Origin: a virus
Length of the DNA stretch: 64,000 bases
Virus record (IMG/VR): IMGVR_UViG_3300046514_000653
Coordinates: 12,303-76,302 of that record
Reading direction: 5' to 3' (one strand)
Part shown: positions 27,701-38,900 of the stretch, piece after piece
How the letters are laid out: every line of letters starts with the position of its first letter
Numbering within the stretch: position 1 is the first letter of the stretch
Position numbers and translations under genes: made by a program
Notes under the pieces: generated by a model
Told to the model about the DNA's origin: nothing
Databases searched by the model: none
The model's input: the letters and a program-made list of their open reading frames with translations, nothing else

Positions 27701-30700
27701 CGACTAGAAGTTGCTGATCCGCTGCATTACCTGTTGCGTCGGACGTATGGAGATTGAACGTGTAGGTACCGCGTTGTGTAAGACCGGTAACGTCGGTCAA
27801 GCACGAATTGGGAGACACGATTGTAGGAACTACAGGATCGTCGGCGGTGATATTGCTCCAGAGACAAGTAACGTTCGGCGTCGAATTGCTCTGCGTGTAG
27901 GAAGTGGTCCCATCGAGCTGATTGGTCGAGTTGACCTTGAAGCTGATCCATGGCGTCCAGGAAGGAGTAGCCACACCATTACCAACAATGCCGGTACGCG
28001 GAGTCGACTTTATCAAAGTCTGATATGGAGTCGGGACGTAGGTAGGCGAGCCCGAAGATAGAACCGCCGTCAACATATTTCCGGTTGAGTCCGCGAGCGT
28101 GCCGGTTTGATTAGCGGAATCAAATTTCCATTGGAAGATAGCAGCCGTTTGATCCTGCGCTGTAGTCGGGGGCGTGGAAGTTGCAGGGACGGCGGAAGAA
28201 TAGATTCGAGCGTAGCCGTAAGCAATGGGGACAGTGGTACCGCCAATGATAAACCCGGCCGTGGAAGTGGGGCCGGTGATGCTTGTGTAGTTTGTCACCA
28301 GATTCACATACACGAGACCGTTCTCGTCCACAGCTTGACAAGTGATCTGGCCTGTTGTGCCGCTAGTAGGTTTACGCTGCCAACGAATATCAACTAGGTT
28401 CTTACCGACGAATGGGATTTGGCAGTCCGATGCTCCAACGTTGTGGAGTGGAGAAAGCAGCATCAAGGGCTGTTCTCCAGGATTTTGAATCCAGTAGGTG
28501 TTGATATCGCACGTCGCATTTTGGATCGGGTGCTCAAACTGAACTTGCTGCCCCCAATCGGTTGCGCCCGGTACCGTGTGCATACGAATCTCCATGCGGC
28601 ATGTACCGTTGGATGCAATGCCGGGAGTGGAAGTGGATGCTGTCTGAGAGCTGAGCACAATGGACCGGCCGAATTGAGTGGCGGGGACAAGAGTCTTGAA
28701 CGCCATGCCGATATCGGAAGCACCTTCCGAATTCATATAGCGCCCGATGTTGGCGAAGTTTGCAATAGAGTACTGATCCACAAAAGAAGTGAAAGGCCGG
28801 ATCGTATCTTCCCCACGAATGATTGTCGGAGGGTTGGAAGGAACGATGGTGGTTGGGGCGCCGGCAATAAGCGCGATGTTGATGTCGCCGGGCTCGGACG
28901 GATATGGGCCGGTGGTAGCAGGAGGACCGCCCGGTCCGCTGACAAAGGATAGGTAGGAGGCACCGGATTCAATCGCACCAAGCCCGCTGTATACAACAGC
29001 AGACATGATCATGAAGTTGGCGTGGGTGTTGGTAAAGGTAACCACCTCATCCACGGCCGTGTCGGATGGTACGACGGTCATCATGATCGCGCCGTTAGCA
29101 TCATCGAGATCCGCGAAGGGTCCGGAAGATACACCTTTGACCAGGGTCCAAGTGTAGCTGTGTGTGGTGGTAATGTCGGTGATCTGCGGGATCTGATCGC
29201 CCCAGCGGTTAACGATTGCATTGATATCGTGGGCTATTGCAATGGAGCAAGAAGTGGTATCTCCATTCGGAGTCACACAATCGGCTCCAGCTACACCACG
29301 CGCGGAAAGAGTGGCGGTCGTGCCGGTACATGCGGAGACGGTGACTTTCTCTACGCGGCCGTAGTTTGCGTAAGTCGCATGCTCATTGACTTTGATGTCG
29401 AATGGTGGAGATGGAAAGTTGGAACAGTTTCCCACCATGCTCATGATCGTTGCCCCGGAAGTCATGGGAGCGGCGAGAGTGGTCTCGTAGACCTGATTTG
29501 TCCCCATAGACGCCTGCAGGATGATTGTCTCTCCGGCTTTGAGCCCGACTCCAGCTACAGCCGGGATTGTCATCGAGAGATTGAACGGCGATCCACTACC
29601 ACCGCTCAACGTAGCGTACTTCTCACAAAACACATTGACTGCTGTAGGTCCTACAACCGTGTGATTGCAAGCACCGGCCGTGTGGACTACGTTCGCGCTG
29701 ACTACTGGAGAGACAGCGCTATTGCCCATCGAGTCGGTGGCTTTGACTCGGAACGTATGAATGCCCTCGGGGATAGGACGCACATCGGTGTTGACATTCC
29801 ACACACTGCCGCTAAGTAGAGCTAGCGGACCAAACGTTGCGTTGTATGGCCCGCCGTCAAACGACAGATCCATGTTGGTGATCGAGCCCGCGTTGGAGGT
29901 GGCGGAAGCGATGACGCTAGAAAGTTCTGCAAACGCCTCACCTGGCTGCGTGCGCGGGAAGGGTTCGGAGATGAATACCTGAACACCAGATCCGCTGATC
30001 ACAGTGGGATGGAATGCGATGGAAGTCTGGAAGAACCCGTCGACGTTTAAATCGGTCTCGGGCTGTACGGTGCTGGTAGTAGCAGCAAAGTAATTGATCT
30101 GACCAAAGGGCTTAGAGGTGTCCTCGATTGCTTCGATCGCCGGGCTGATAGGTTTGATCGGCGCCGCGAAAACAGAGGAGACGATCAGATCGCCGACTGT
30201 GACAGAGAATGGATCGACGTAGGCCGGTCCAGGAAGAGTGGTAGAGCCGTCGTTCTGTCCGCCCCAGCCCATCAAGTGTGCGCCGTTGCCGACCGATCCT
30301 ACACCAGAGAAAAGAACGCACTGAAGTAGATTAACCTGCCCGGTACCATTGGGATTTTGGGACGTGATGACTTCGTTGGAGCCTGTGGTCGCTGGGACGA
30401 AAGCAAAGTAATTGCCTATTTGCTCAACGTCGCTGTCCGTCGCACGCGTGCCAATCTCATCATAGAAAGTGAAGGTGTAACCCAGACTATTTGTTAAATA
30501 GGAAGATTTCCAGGGGTAGTTGCTCTGTCCCTGCACCACACTCCAGTTGCCGACTACTTCACCGGAGACGTGATTGTGACCTACGGCCGTGACTGTCCAG
30601 TCTAGATTACCGGCTCCAGACATAGCGGTAACAGTAACGGTGTCCTCTGGATTGGGAATTTGTGGCGTGCCTGTCCCTAACCCACCCACCGGGCTCAAGG

Positions 30701-31310
30701 TTGCAAAGAACGGCGTGGATGGGAATCCAGCAGAGCTGGTGACGTGAATTAAAGTTGCTCCGGCTGTGACGCCGCTAGAGAGCTGTGTTTCGGGTGATGC
30801 AGGTACGGACGCCTCCGCTTGACAGAAGATCAATTGGCCGGCCGTCAATCCGCCTGTGAGCGTGACCGAGCGGGCGACGTTGCTACTAGTGCTGATACTA
30901 GTTACTGCCTGTTCGCAGAATTCTGTCGAGCTGCCAGGGACGGTCGTGTGAGAGCATTGCGGGTTGCTGTGTATGACCGTAACGTTTATCACAGACGACA
31001 CACCGGTATTCATCATGGCGTCGGTCGCTCGAACCTGTAGAGTTGTTGCTCCAACAGTCAAGCTCGATCCTTGCAATGACATGAGCCATTGAGTCGGAGG
31101 CATTCCAAAAAGCGTTGCCGCGCCGGTAAACGATCCACCGTTAATTGATAATTCAACTAGCGTGATCGCTGCGGCTGAAGATGCTACCGGTCCGGAGATC
31201 TGAATACCACCGCCTCCAATCGTCGCCGTATTGGCTGGATAGGAGAAGGAGACGGTGACTTGTGCCGCTGCGCTGACTGCAAATAAGAGTGCTAGAAGTG
31301 TCTGTTTCAT
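24795..31310 (-). CDS. 2171-aa multidomain adhesin/fibre-like protein with signal peptide (duplicated Ig module, LamG-like, PKD-like)
   Basis: MKQTLLALLFAVSAAA-Q; two tandem ~440-aa Ig-containing modules; WKFD...LADSTGN LamG-like; GTYTFNL PKD-like. Confidence 0.7.
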   Translation of the reverse strand: MKQTLLALLFAVSAAAQVTVSFSYPANTATIGGGGIQISGPVASSAAAITLVELSINGGSFTGAATLFGMPPTQWLMSLQGSSLTVGATTLQVRATDAMMNTGVSSVINVTVIHSNPQCSHTTVPGSSTEFCEQAVTSISTSSNVARSVTLTGGLTAGQLIFCQAEASVPASPETQLSSGVTAGATLIHVTSSAGFPSTPFFATLSPVGGLGTGTPQIPNPEDTVTVTAMSGAGNLDWTVTAVGHNHVSGEVVGNWSVVQGQSNYPWKSSYLTNSLGYTFTFYDEIGTRATDSDVEQIGNYFAFVPATTGSNEVITSQNPNGTGQVNLLQCVLFSGVGSVGNGAHLMGWGGQNDGSTTLPGPAYVDPFSVTVGDLIVSSVFAAPIKPISPAIEAIEDTSKPFGQINYFAATTSTVQPETDLNVDGFFQTSIAFHPTVISGSGVQVFISEPFPRTQPGEAFAELSSVIASATSNAGSITNMDLSFDGGPYNATFGPLALLSGSVWNVNTDVRPIPEGIHTFRVKATDSMGNSAVSPVVSANVVHTAGACNHTVVGPTAVNVFCEKYATLSGGSGSPFNLSMTIPAVAGVGLKAGETIILQASMGTNQVYETTLAAPMTSGATIMSMVGNCSNFPSPPFDIKVNEHATYANYGRVEKVTVSACTGTTATLSARGVAGADCVTPNGDTTSCSIAIAHDINAIVNRWGDQIPQITDITTTHSYTWTLVKGVSSGPFADLDDANGAIMMTVVPSDTAVDEVVTFTNTHANFMIMSAVVYSGLGAIESGASYLSFVSGPGGPPATTGPYPSEPGDINIALIAGAPTTIVPSNPPTIIRGEDTIRPFTSFVDQYSIANFANIGRYMNSEGASDIGMAFKTLVPATQFGRSIVLSSQTASTSTPGIASNGTCRMEIRMHTVPGATDWGQQVQFEHPIQNATCDINTYWIQNPGEQPLMLLSPLHNVGASDCQIPFVGKNLVDIRWQRKPTSGTTGQITCQAVDENGLVYVNLVTNYTSITGPTSTAGFIIGGTTVPIAYGYARIYSSAVPATSTPPTTAQDQTAAIFQWKFDSANQTGTLADSTGNMLTAVLSSGSPTYVPTPYQTLIKSTPRTGIVGNGVATPSWTPWISFKVNSTNQLDGTTSYTQSNSTPNVTCLWSNITADDPVVPTIVSPNSCLTDVTGLTQRGTYTFNLHTSDATGNAADQQLLVGAVDYNNDGVLVQSDLEEQVYAPQIVFGQNPYGYADERHCTAVMLQLNGQDCNFNQLQPSGNPYFATTTWLTPATGTVTYTIAGIGPAPGQGCYGSGVSGGTKATLSADIMSTDTTIHIHHAECLHGLLSLPGTPTWILIGNSLGNDGSTGGGVGLQEQVCIASTTATTGDADLTTCYDGRGMAGAFYLNAQPIAPASMWPSTTTVGEMLIQGSGTLFVSDPVRALCPNGAPGPPGEAFYFTGTVSGTAGSTTLTAHSASWTQNVFPSCGVGPSSLGILNTDCMHNMQAQVYIRVFATHDTGMPFSFWAFVTAVAADNLSITISRPLPTNFDSGNFNYVFTSLRYASLDYTSPSNSNIYRALTQLSGCASETTAFGAATHDITALNLMPLVGQFSYKDLISAGSPFGPDFYAEGLQERRFEHRSGYKPAVISANKIDDNYIRDPEISGALGGLVLDYGGGVVGSIIDKIFNVSTPLTWLDIQPFAASGAATALLNCNTADPRDQGYPQGWNALAALGDTDPTRQTAWVNGLLAWKTRDETCRRNAVDGYAAGFVPGGTPNVYTNSWAGASIFDPASVPLTLVNGSTNVAPTTGIVKPGMCAGIDDGTGLIHVTPGLTAATVVSGTVNPGARITITDTSVSPPLVVTRQFSVSGGNVTLAALWPGLTAGDYHFMVEDNSLGGGYMTSIGVSNLDWPDVTVAAGLANNKMLQPFWACHYVNSGQLKLNRPWDQRAGTTTDNHMVSYVTSGFELQGFMLTGIKASGMRWASKHSNSTISTAYQTMSGQLGNWMATYGLDLNNPGTLGMYYNRVSGDCEEPGIPNAVHLFDTIHAFSSTGQPGCGLMGLTTTLGDGTGEFTSRVNTAEGTTGLAAYLKAQCLLGVSQCNAAKTFVLKYYGAIWGDCSMTRAGYYCDPNFVNKAGEFSNVSLGAYKWPGFTNGMGNASSIPAEVFSYNATITGNHGSKGNRKK

Positions 31311-31313
31311 TCC

Positions 31314-34034
31314 TTATTGCCTCACGCTCAAGAAATTCCCTGTGTAAGCCTGCCCGGCAGTGCCGGTAGTGTAGATCGAGAATGTATGTGTTCCAGATCC
31401 CATGGCGATGTTGTTGGAAACTGTCGGGTGGATTGCAAACTGTCCGGTGTTGTCAGTCGCCCAACTTGCGCACGATGCAAGAGTTGTACAGTACCCGGCC
31501 GGTGCCTTCATAGTGATGGTCTGCGCGTTCGTTACACCCGCGTTGTTGCAGTAGGTAAACGTCCTTTGATATGCATACCCAGCCGCAGCAGAGATGGTCT
31601 GTACTTGAAACACGAGGGTGGCATCGACATAGAAGAGAATGTTTCCTGCGGCTGTACCAGTGTTGGTATCGATGCCCATTTCCATGTTCATGCAATTGCC
31701 GGATGATCCACCCGCAGCCATCGCCGGCACTCCGGTTACTTCCATTAAGGGGATTGCTGATCCTGTTTGCGTGACCAACGTATTGCCAGTCGTGGAAGAG
31801 AACGATCCCCCACCCCCACTCATACACCCCATAGTTTCTAAACACACACGACCAGTACCGAGCGCTCCGTTGCTCAAATCAGTCGCCGCCATCTGATCGC
31901 CAGACGCAACGCGCGGCATCGCATGACGGTTAGGAGACGCGTTTCCAAAATAGACCAGGGTATGAGCCGCAGAGTCAAAGCACCAGAACCCCTGGCCGGA
32001 GATGGTGGTAGTCGGGCATGCCATCTCAGGGCCGGTATCTGACTCCCCAGTTAAATCGTTCGTGCATCCGGTACCTCGAATGGTCCCATCCGGCATCACC
32101 TGCATACCCTGTGTGGTAGTGATGCCGTTAGCTAGAATAATCGATGAGTCGCACGTCGCGACCGCACTTCCACCGAACGCTACGGTGTATGTCGGTCCCA
32201 TCGTCGGCTGGATGAAGTTGATATAGAAGATCGCGCCTCCGCCTGAGGGAACGCTTGCAAACGTTACCGAGGTGATGTTAACGGAAAGCGTGCAGCCGAT
32301 CACCGTGGTAGACTTCCCGCCCACGTCGGCCAGAGAGATCGTTGGAGTGGCGCCGCATGCGTTTGTAGCGCCTGTCGATCCAGTAAACACGCTTACTCCA
32401 CTACCGCCGCCGCCCGCACCTGCAGCCGCCCATCCGGTGTTGACGGTACAAGCTCCGCTCTCTTTCTTATAGAGCGTGGTATTGGTGCCTCCGTCGATCC
32501 GCATGTAGATAGAGCCGATGCAACCGGCCTTGCTGCCTTCTGGTGTGCCGCTGCCTGTGTAGATGCCAGGACCGCCGCTCAATTGAAGCTCGGGCGCATC
32601 GTCGGAAGTATTCACCTTGTCTGAATTGATAAGGTGCTTGATCTCACCGTTGTTCGAAACTTCTCCACTCTGGTTGTTCTTGAATGCCGCGGTGTAGCCA
32701 CCAACGTTAACGCCGGTGATCTCCCAATTAGCTAGAGTCCCTCCGCCCGCTTCTTCATAAAGCGCGTAGGTGCCAGAGCCGATTGTGTTGATCGCGGTGA
32801 GCCCATTGACAATCAGATTGAATGGATGACCACCTGAGGATCGAGGAGTGAAGTCGATGACATGCTGGTGATTCGTACTTCCGCTCGTTGCCTCAAACTT
32901 AGTGTTGATAAACGTCGCAATATTAGACCCTCCAGTGTCTCCAGTATCTTGTACAATCTGGATCGGATTAACGCCAGAGTTGTCGATCTGCGTATCGACC
33001 ATAAGCATCACATTCGCCCCGACCAGATCGTTTAGGAATACCGCGCCTCCATTCTGCCCACCAAAGGTGCAGGAGTAGCAGGAGAAGTTAACCACCTGGT
33101 TGTCGAGTTCAAGACAGAAGTTCTTGCAGTTCTGAAACTGAACATGCCGGTATGTATTTTGATACCCGCCATTCCATTGTTTGACCAAGGACGGAGCGCT
33201 GGCGTTGTTGGTTGCATTCCCGTCCAACGTACAATTCTCCATTTGAAGGAAGTGCGCGTATCCATTCGCCATGAAGTAAGCAGAGGTGAAGGAGAAGAGC
33301 GCGGTGTTGCGCGAGTTGCCAAGCTTGATTACAGAAGCGAAGTTTACACCTTCCGCATTGTCGCCAGAAGCAGCGCAGACGAAGTGAAGATTTGCGTTAA
33401 ATTCAATCGGCGTTACAGTCTCAGTAAACGTACCCGGTCCGATGTTCACAGTGCCTGTGTGTGACGGTACTCCGCCAACTGAGAGAGGAAGAGCGGCTAC
33501 GGCCGCGGCGACGGTGAGCTTTGCGGTCGGCCAGGATGTACCAGGGTTGGAATCGTTACCAGAGGCGGATACGTACATGATCGTAGAGTCGACGAGTCCG
33601 CCGGGAGGGCCGGTAGCTCCAGCAAGACCGGTAGCGCCAGCGCCTCCGTTGCTGTTCAGCACGACTAGGACGTTGCTGGAGCTGGAGTAGGTGACGTGGA
33701 CAGATGTGAAGGAATCGCGCACGAGCACGCAAGGAAGAGCAGTGAGGTTGCCAGTGATCTCTCCAGTGGTGATCCCAGTGCCTGTCCAGCATTGAGCCAC
33801 AAGAGTGTTGAGCAGGGTTTGAGTGCTAAGAGCAAGAGCAGTGATGTCAATCGCTCCGGAGTTTGTAGCCGGTCCTGCAATAGACGCGTGAACGTTCGAC
33901 GCTCCCACTCCCACCCCACCTCCAGTGGGAGGAAAGGCAAATTGCGCGTGGAGCGCAGAGGAAAGCAGGAGGAAGCAGAAGCAGATGCTAGTAACTAGCT
34001 GGACTACAAACGATCCAAGGCGGCGGCGATTCAT
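31314..34034 (-). CDS. tailspike-like beta-helix protein with signal peptide
   Basis: MNRRRLG...LLLSSALHA-Q; YVSASGNDSNPGTSW..AKLTV; GSGTPEGSKAGCIGSIYMRIDGG motif typical of phage spikes. Confidence 0.7.
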   Translation of the reverse strand: MNRRRLGSFVVQLVTSICFCFLLLSSALHAQFAFPPTGGGVGVGASNVHASIAGPATNSGAIDITALALSTQTLLNTLVAQCWTGTGITTGEITGNLTALPCVLVRDSFTSVHVTYSSSSNVLVVLNSNGGAGATGLAGATGPPGGLVDSTIMYVSASGNDSNPGTSWPTAKLTVAAAVAALPLSVGGVPSHTGTVNIGPGTFTETVTPIEFNANLHFVCAASGDNAEGVNFASVIKLGNSRNTALFSFTSAYFMANGYAHFLQMENCTLDGNATNNASAPSLVKQWNGGYQNTYRHVQFQNCKNFCLELDNQVVNFSCYSCTFGGQNGGAVFLNDLVGANVMLMVDTQIDNSGVNPIQIVQDTGDTGGSNIATFINTKFEATSGSTNHQHVIDFTPRSSGGHPFNLIVNGLTAINTIGSGTYALYEEAGGGTLANWEITGVNVGGYTAAFKNNQSGEVSNNGEIKHLINSDKVNTSDDAPELQLSGGPGIYTGSGTPEGSKAGCIGSIYMRIDGGTNTTLYKKESGACTVNTGWAAAGAGGGGSGVSVFTGSTGATNACGATPTISLADVGGKSTTVIGCTLSVNITSVTFASVPSGGGAIFYINFIQPTMGPTYTVAFGGSAVATCDSSIILANGITTTQGMQVMPDGTIRGTGCTNDLTGESDTGPEMACPTTTISGQGFWCFDSAAHTLVYFGNASPNRHAMPRVASGDQMAATDLSNGALGTGRVCLETMGCMSGGGGSFSSTTGNTLVTQTGSAIPLMEVTGVPAMAAGGSSGNCMNMEMGIDTNTGTAAGNILFYVDATLVFQVQTISAAAGYAYQRTFTYCNNAGVTNAQTITMKAPAGYCTTLASCASWATDNTGQFAIHPTVSNNIAMGSGTHTFSIYTTGTAGQAYTGNFLSVRQ
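33988..33998. repeat. palindrome site, exact (GCTAGTAACTAGC)
   Basis: Inside signal-peptide coding sequence. Confidence 0.9.
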
Positions 34035-34045
34035 ATTTGACTCTC

Positions 34046-34056
34046 CTAGTAACTAG
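34046..34056. repeat. palindrome site, exact
   Basis: Abuts the RBS of the 34034 gene. Confidence 0.9.
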
Positions 34057-34134
34057 CGCTAATCGAGTCTTCCCGCCGCCGCGAAGAGACCTGGCGTTCA
34101 CTTATCCGTACCAGTTTAACGCATCTAGGAAAGA

Positions 34135-35976
34135 TTAGCTTCCATTCGCAGAACAGTGAACAAAGTAGGTCACATCAAATGTAGATGGTCCGACCGTACC
34201 GGCCGATGTGTTCAAGAATTCCTGAACAATCGTGACGCCATTGACGGCTGGGGTGAGGGCGAAGGTGCCGATTTTGGGATTGCCGCCTGTAACGTACATT
34301 GTCGTGTTTGGAGTTGCGACGCAGTTAGGAGGATTGTTGAAAGGGATTGCAAAGATAAAGGCGGCAGAGACAGCACCCGTTGGCATGAGGAGCTGAAAGC
34401 TCTGGTCGGCATTGGTGTTTGAATAAAGGAAATGAAAGCCTGTACTGTTGCCGAGTTGCACAGTGTTAGGGGTACGCATAGAAGCGCCGAGGGCATCGAC
34501 GTAGTATATAGGCGGGGAGCCCCAGCCAAAAGAAGGACCAAAGCCTACTTTGCCGCTGAGAGAATCTAGATAGAGAATATTTAGTTCCGCAGGGCCAGAG
34601 CCTTGTACGTTCACGTCGACATTGGTGTTGTCTGTCGCACGTTTTACGAACTGAACAGAGCAGTTGTTTTCAGTGCCACCGTAAGAAGCGAGATAGGCTT
34701 TAAAATCCCCACCGTTGCCTGTAGTCGTGTTTGGCCAGCCGAAGCCGTACTTGCACTTGCGTTGTGGTAAAATGCCGCCTCCTGCCCACCATCCGGCTAC
34801 ACCTGTGATTGGATCGACAGGGAGTGGGACGGAGGCAGAGGTTTGACCGGCTCCACCGGCAAGCATGACACCACCGGTGATGTTGATTTCACCAGGAGCG
34901 TAGAGTTCAGAGTTGGCGTCAGTCCAGACAGAGTAGAGAGGACCGGCCCCTGTAGTAAGTTCGCCGAGGAGTTGAATGGACTGCCGCTCGATGACAGCAC
35001 CGTTAGTGAGTTTTACGGTGTACATCGGGCCTGTCCCGTTGCCATTCACACGAAGGTGGATAGAGTCGCCGAACATCAGGATGCTGTTAGAGCCCGAGCC
35101 GTCAGCCATGAGGCATCCAGTGTTCGGATTGATCAAACTACAGTGCCAGTCCTCAATGGTGTTATACGCAAATGAATTGGTGCCACCTGTGTTGATCATG
35201 CGCAAGTGTTCAGTGCAGTCGAACGTATCCATAACACGCACGGTTGTCTGTTCAGTGAACTGCGGTGAGGTTGCAGAATTCTCCCAGGTCATGCAAGTAC
35301 TTGTAGATCCGTTGAAACCGCGGATGGTTAGGTTTTCGTACTTCATCCCGAGGCGCGACTCTTGCCAGATACCAGTGGAAGAAGTAGGCGAGCCGTTGCC
35401 GTCCGTGACGCGGCAATTGCGCATGACTCCGGAGATGTAGGGAACGTCAGAGGCAAAGGGAGAAACGTACACAGCTTGCCCGGTCGCGGCCGTGTAGAGA
35501 ATTGTTGAGCCCTGGCAGTCGAAGACCACCATGGACGCGGGGATAGTCACGTCACGGCTTGTAGCGACAGCGCAGATCTTCCCTGGAGGAAGCTTGACTG
35601 TACCTCCTGTCATGGGAAGAGCTGCGAGCGCCGCGGCGATCACTGGACCGTCATTAGTCACCCCATCACATACTGCGTTGACTACAGTAGGATCGCAAAT
35701 GTTGGAGAGTCGAAGATTGTGCGTTCCATCTCCATTGATCGTATTCGGGCTCGTCACGCAGCCGAAGGTATCGGTAGTCCATAAACGATAAGACAGATTT
35801 GCTCCACCCATAGAATCAGGCGGACGAAAGCCAAAGAAATGCGCCGGATTCTGTTTGTCGCGAAGCTGTATCTCACCGGTTGTAGTCCTGGTGCTATCTG
35901 GAATGATCGTCAAAAGATGCTGCTGCGATTGTCCAAGAAGGACAGAGCTGAGTAAGACAAAGATTGCTGTTTTCAT
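34135..35976 (-). CDS. pectate-lyase-fold tailspike-like protein with signal peptide
   Basis: MKTAIFVLLSSVLLG-Q; AVCDGVTNDGPVIAAAL...GGTVKLPPG; fibre-type C-terminus FAIPFNNPPNCVAT. Confidence 0.7.
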   Translation of the reverse strand: MKTAIFVLLSSVLLGQSQQHLLTIIPDSTRTTTGEIQLRDKQNPAHFFGFRPPDSMGGANLSYRLWTTDTFGCVTSPNTINGDGTHNLRLSNICDPTVVNAVCDGVTNDGPVIAAALAALPMTGGTVKLPPGKICAVATSRDVTIPASMVVFDCQGSTILYTAATGQAVYVSPFASDVPYISGVMRNCRVTDGNGSPTSSTGIWQESRLGMKYENLTIRGFNGSTSTCMTWENSATSPQFTEQTTVRVMDTFDCTEHLRMINTGGTNSFAYNTIEDWHCSLINPNTGCLMADGSGSNSILMFGDSIHLRVNGNGTGPMYTVKLTNGAVIERQSIQLLGELTTGAGPLYSVWTDANSELYAPGEINITGGVMLAGGAGQTSASVPLPVDPITGVAGWWAGGGILPQRKCKYGFGWPNTTTGNGGDFKAYLASYGGTENNCSVQFVKRATDNTNVDVNVQGSGPAELNILYLDSLSGKVGFGPSFGWGSPPIYYVDALGASMRTPNTVQLGNSTGFHFLYSNTNADQSFQLLMPTGAVSAAFIFAIPFNNPPNCVATPNTTMYVTGGNPKIGTFALTPAVNGVTIVQEFLNTSAGTVGPSTFDVTYFVHCSANGS

Positions 35977-38900
35977 CTAAGTAATCGAACCTCCAGTGCG
36001 CCAAGCGTCAATTCCCCAAAGAGTGCCGTGATATTCAAACAGAGCTGTCGAGCGTGTACTTAAATCCGCGGCAATCGGAGCCTCATTTTCATCGTTGGTA
36101 TCAGCCGTGAATCCAGGTGTGCCAGTCGTGAATACGCAGCGTTGGCGCCCACCGGTTGCGTCCTGGTCGATGTAGAGAGTAAAGTCGATACCTGCTGTGA
36201 TGACTCCACCGGTCCAAATTGGAGCGTCGACAGTGATCAGACTTCCGTCCAGGACAATGCGTTGATTCAAGCCATTGGCTAAATCGATGACTGCATGCCC
36301 GGCCACAATGATGATGTCGTAATAGCCGCGGTTAATTCCCGCCCCTTCTTTGCCGAAGCTATAGAGCATGCGCGTCGGAGCAAATTCTTCCGCGGATTCT
36401 ACATCATCCATGTCGACTGTAAATCCGCCGACTAAGAAAGCCGCGCCTGCTTGATTCTTGATTGGAACTGAGATAGAAGTGTTCGCACTGATATCAGCGT
36501 TCTGGAAATCTGCGCTGTCGATCGGCGATGACCAAGCGTTGACTACAACAACAACAATGGATGTGGCGTCGAGAGGAAGAGGCTGGTCGAGGACGTAGCT
36601 GATATTCGTGTCTACATCTACGATCTTTGCTGAGAGCCCGCGCGAGAGACCGCGGATGCACATGACGACATTGCCGATACGATTCGGGTCGTGGATCGTC
36701 TCGCCGGAGTGAGGCGGAGTGTTAGTTGCGTTCAAAAGACCGAAGTCAGAAAACGCGTACTGGTTACTAGAGTTGTCATAACCAGAGAAGCAGACAACGA
36801 TGACATCGCCGACAAGAAGCGGAAAAACGCCGGCTGTTGGATCACGATTGAGTGTAAGTTTTCCTGTCGCGGGATTAAAGGCCGTACAGTTCGCGTGAAA
36901 GTAAGGAGCTTCTCCGTTGTTGCGCCCAATGCAAGCGATTTGACGACCGGCCCAGCTATCGGTAGAGGAGATGTCGACGAGCTGTGAACAAGTGATGGAG
37001 GTGGAATCGAGAGCGTCGATTGGAGCACCGGCGACGCCACCGTGGATGAGATCGCGGGTTTTGATCCGGATCTTTTTCGTGCGCGTGTTCGGGACCGCAT
37101 AGGTGGAGCGGACGAAAGGACCATCGACTACAAAGCTCGTAGCAGGTAGAACAACAGGTTGCTGAAAGCAGATCAATTGATCGATGTCAGAGATGAAGAT
37201 AGCTCCAGCCGTAGGTGTTGGACCACCAGTCGTTGACCAAGTAATTCCAAAGACAGTAAATACATTTGTATTTGTACCGGCCGGGATTTGTACGATCAGG
37301 ATCTTAGACGCACCCGAGAGGCTGAAATCAAATCCGGCAGCAAATTGGACGCGAAGAGTGATGCCGCCTTTAATAAACCCGCCTGTTGTAGCCTGTGTAA
37401 CCTTTACGCCAGTGATGTCGGGAGCCCCGGAGTCTTGAAACGGAGAGGTGACGGGGAGACTACCGGAGACAATGACTTCAGAATTAACAGTGCCGCCAAA
37501 GACTGTGTAGTCTTGCTTTAAGCTGAACGTACGTTCATTGGCAAACAATACGTCAGTCGGATCTGCGACAACAGCATTGGGAGCCCACGCTGGATTAGAG
37601 CTAGGCGGATGGTAGAGGATCGGCAATGGAGCTGGTTTAACGCTAGTAGGCTTCGGTCCTTTATCCAAGTCGTACATGGAATCGGTGACGGAGCGAAGGA
37701 TGAAAGAGATGGAATAGTCTTTGTACAATGCCCAGTTGCGAATCCGGAAGTTCCAGGTGTGATCTGGATATGAAGAGGCTCCGACAGCACCTGGGTAGGT
37801 AGGAACATCTGGATGAGTGATAGAAACAACTTGCCCAACATACGTCTCAAGCGAGAGGATCGTCGATTTAAAGACTGCATCTCTTGCTCCGTCCCATTCG
37901 ATGTAAGGATTGAGAAGATCCGGACGCAGGATGCCGCCGATCTCCTCACGCACACGAGTAGCAGCAACGCGTAGAGCCTGGGACATGTTGCACATGCCGA
38001 CAGAGCGCATGTCAGTTTGAAGCGCTGCGTTATTGCGGCCGAAGTAAAGCGCATGGTCTTTGTCCGTGTACTCGGCCTGATCATTCTGATATTGCAGAGC
38101 ACGATTGGCAAAGAGCAAGCGGATGGACTCAAAAGACGCTTCGATGGGAGTGCAGGAGAAGGACTGAAAGAGCATGTTGGCCAGTGTGAAAGCAGAGGTA
38201 GCTGCTGCATTCTCACGGATGGATAACCGCAGCCGGCCGAATTCAAAAGAGAAGATACCGAGAGCACAAGAAATGATTTCAGCAAGCCAGTCACGAAATG
38301 GTTTGGACTCAGACAAAGCACCATTGAATACAAATTGAGTTTCAGTTCCTCCACCGAGTAGAGCAGGGACGACAAGATCCGCGATCTCTGCACAGCCGCT
38401 GCCATCACCGACAAAAAGCGATTCGGGAATGTAGTACTGTGTCTGCACACTCGGATCTGTGTTGAAGACACCAAGAGCACGCAGGAGACAGGAGACCGCG
38501 ACCCAGAAGGGATTAGTGAGACCGGGGGTGAGAGTTCCGGAAGCTGAAGAGATTCCTGTGAGCCCACGCGAGATAGGGATGGTCATCGAGTGGGCATCAG
38601 TGTTTGTTGGAAGTATGCCAGCGCCGGAAGATTTGGCATAACGCATTTCAACAAACGCTGTCCCGGCCGCGAAGGGAAGAATGTCGTGAGCTTGACTAGT
38701 ATTGATATTTCCGAAGACAGGATCGGGAACATCCCAGTGCTGCGGAGTCCCCTGGCCGAGCGAGAAGAAGTCAAAGGTTTTTGATGCCGGGTCAGCGCCG
38801 AGTACTTCACGTAAACCTAATTCTGGATGAAAACCTGTGACGTTGAGTTGACTATCGACGTTGAACCCTTGAGGTGTAAAGCCGTCAGCAAGCGGAGAGA

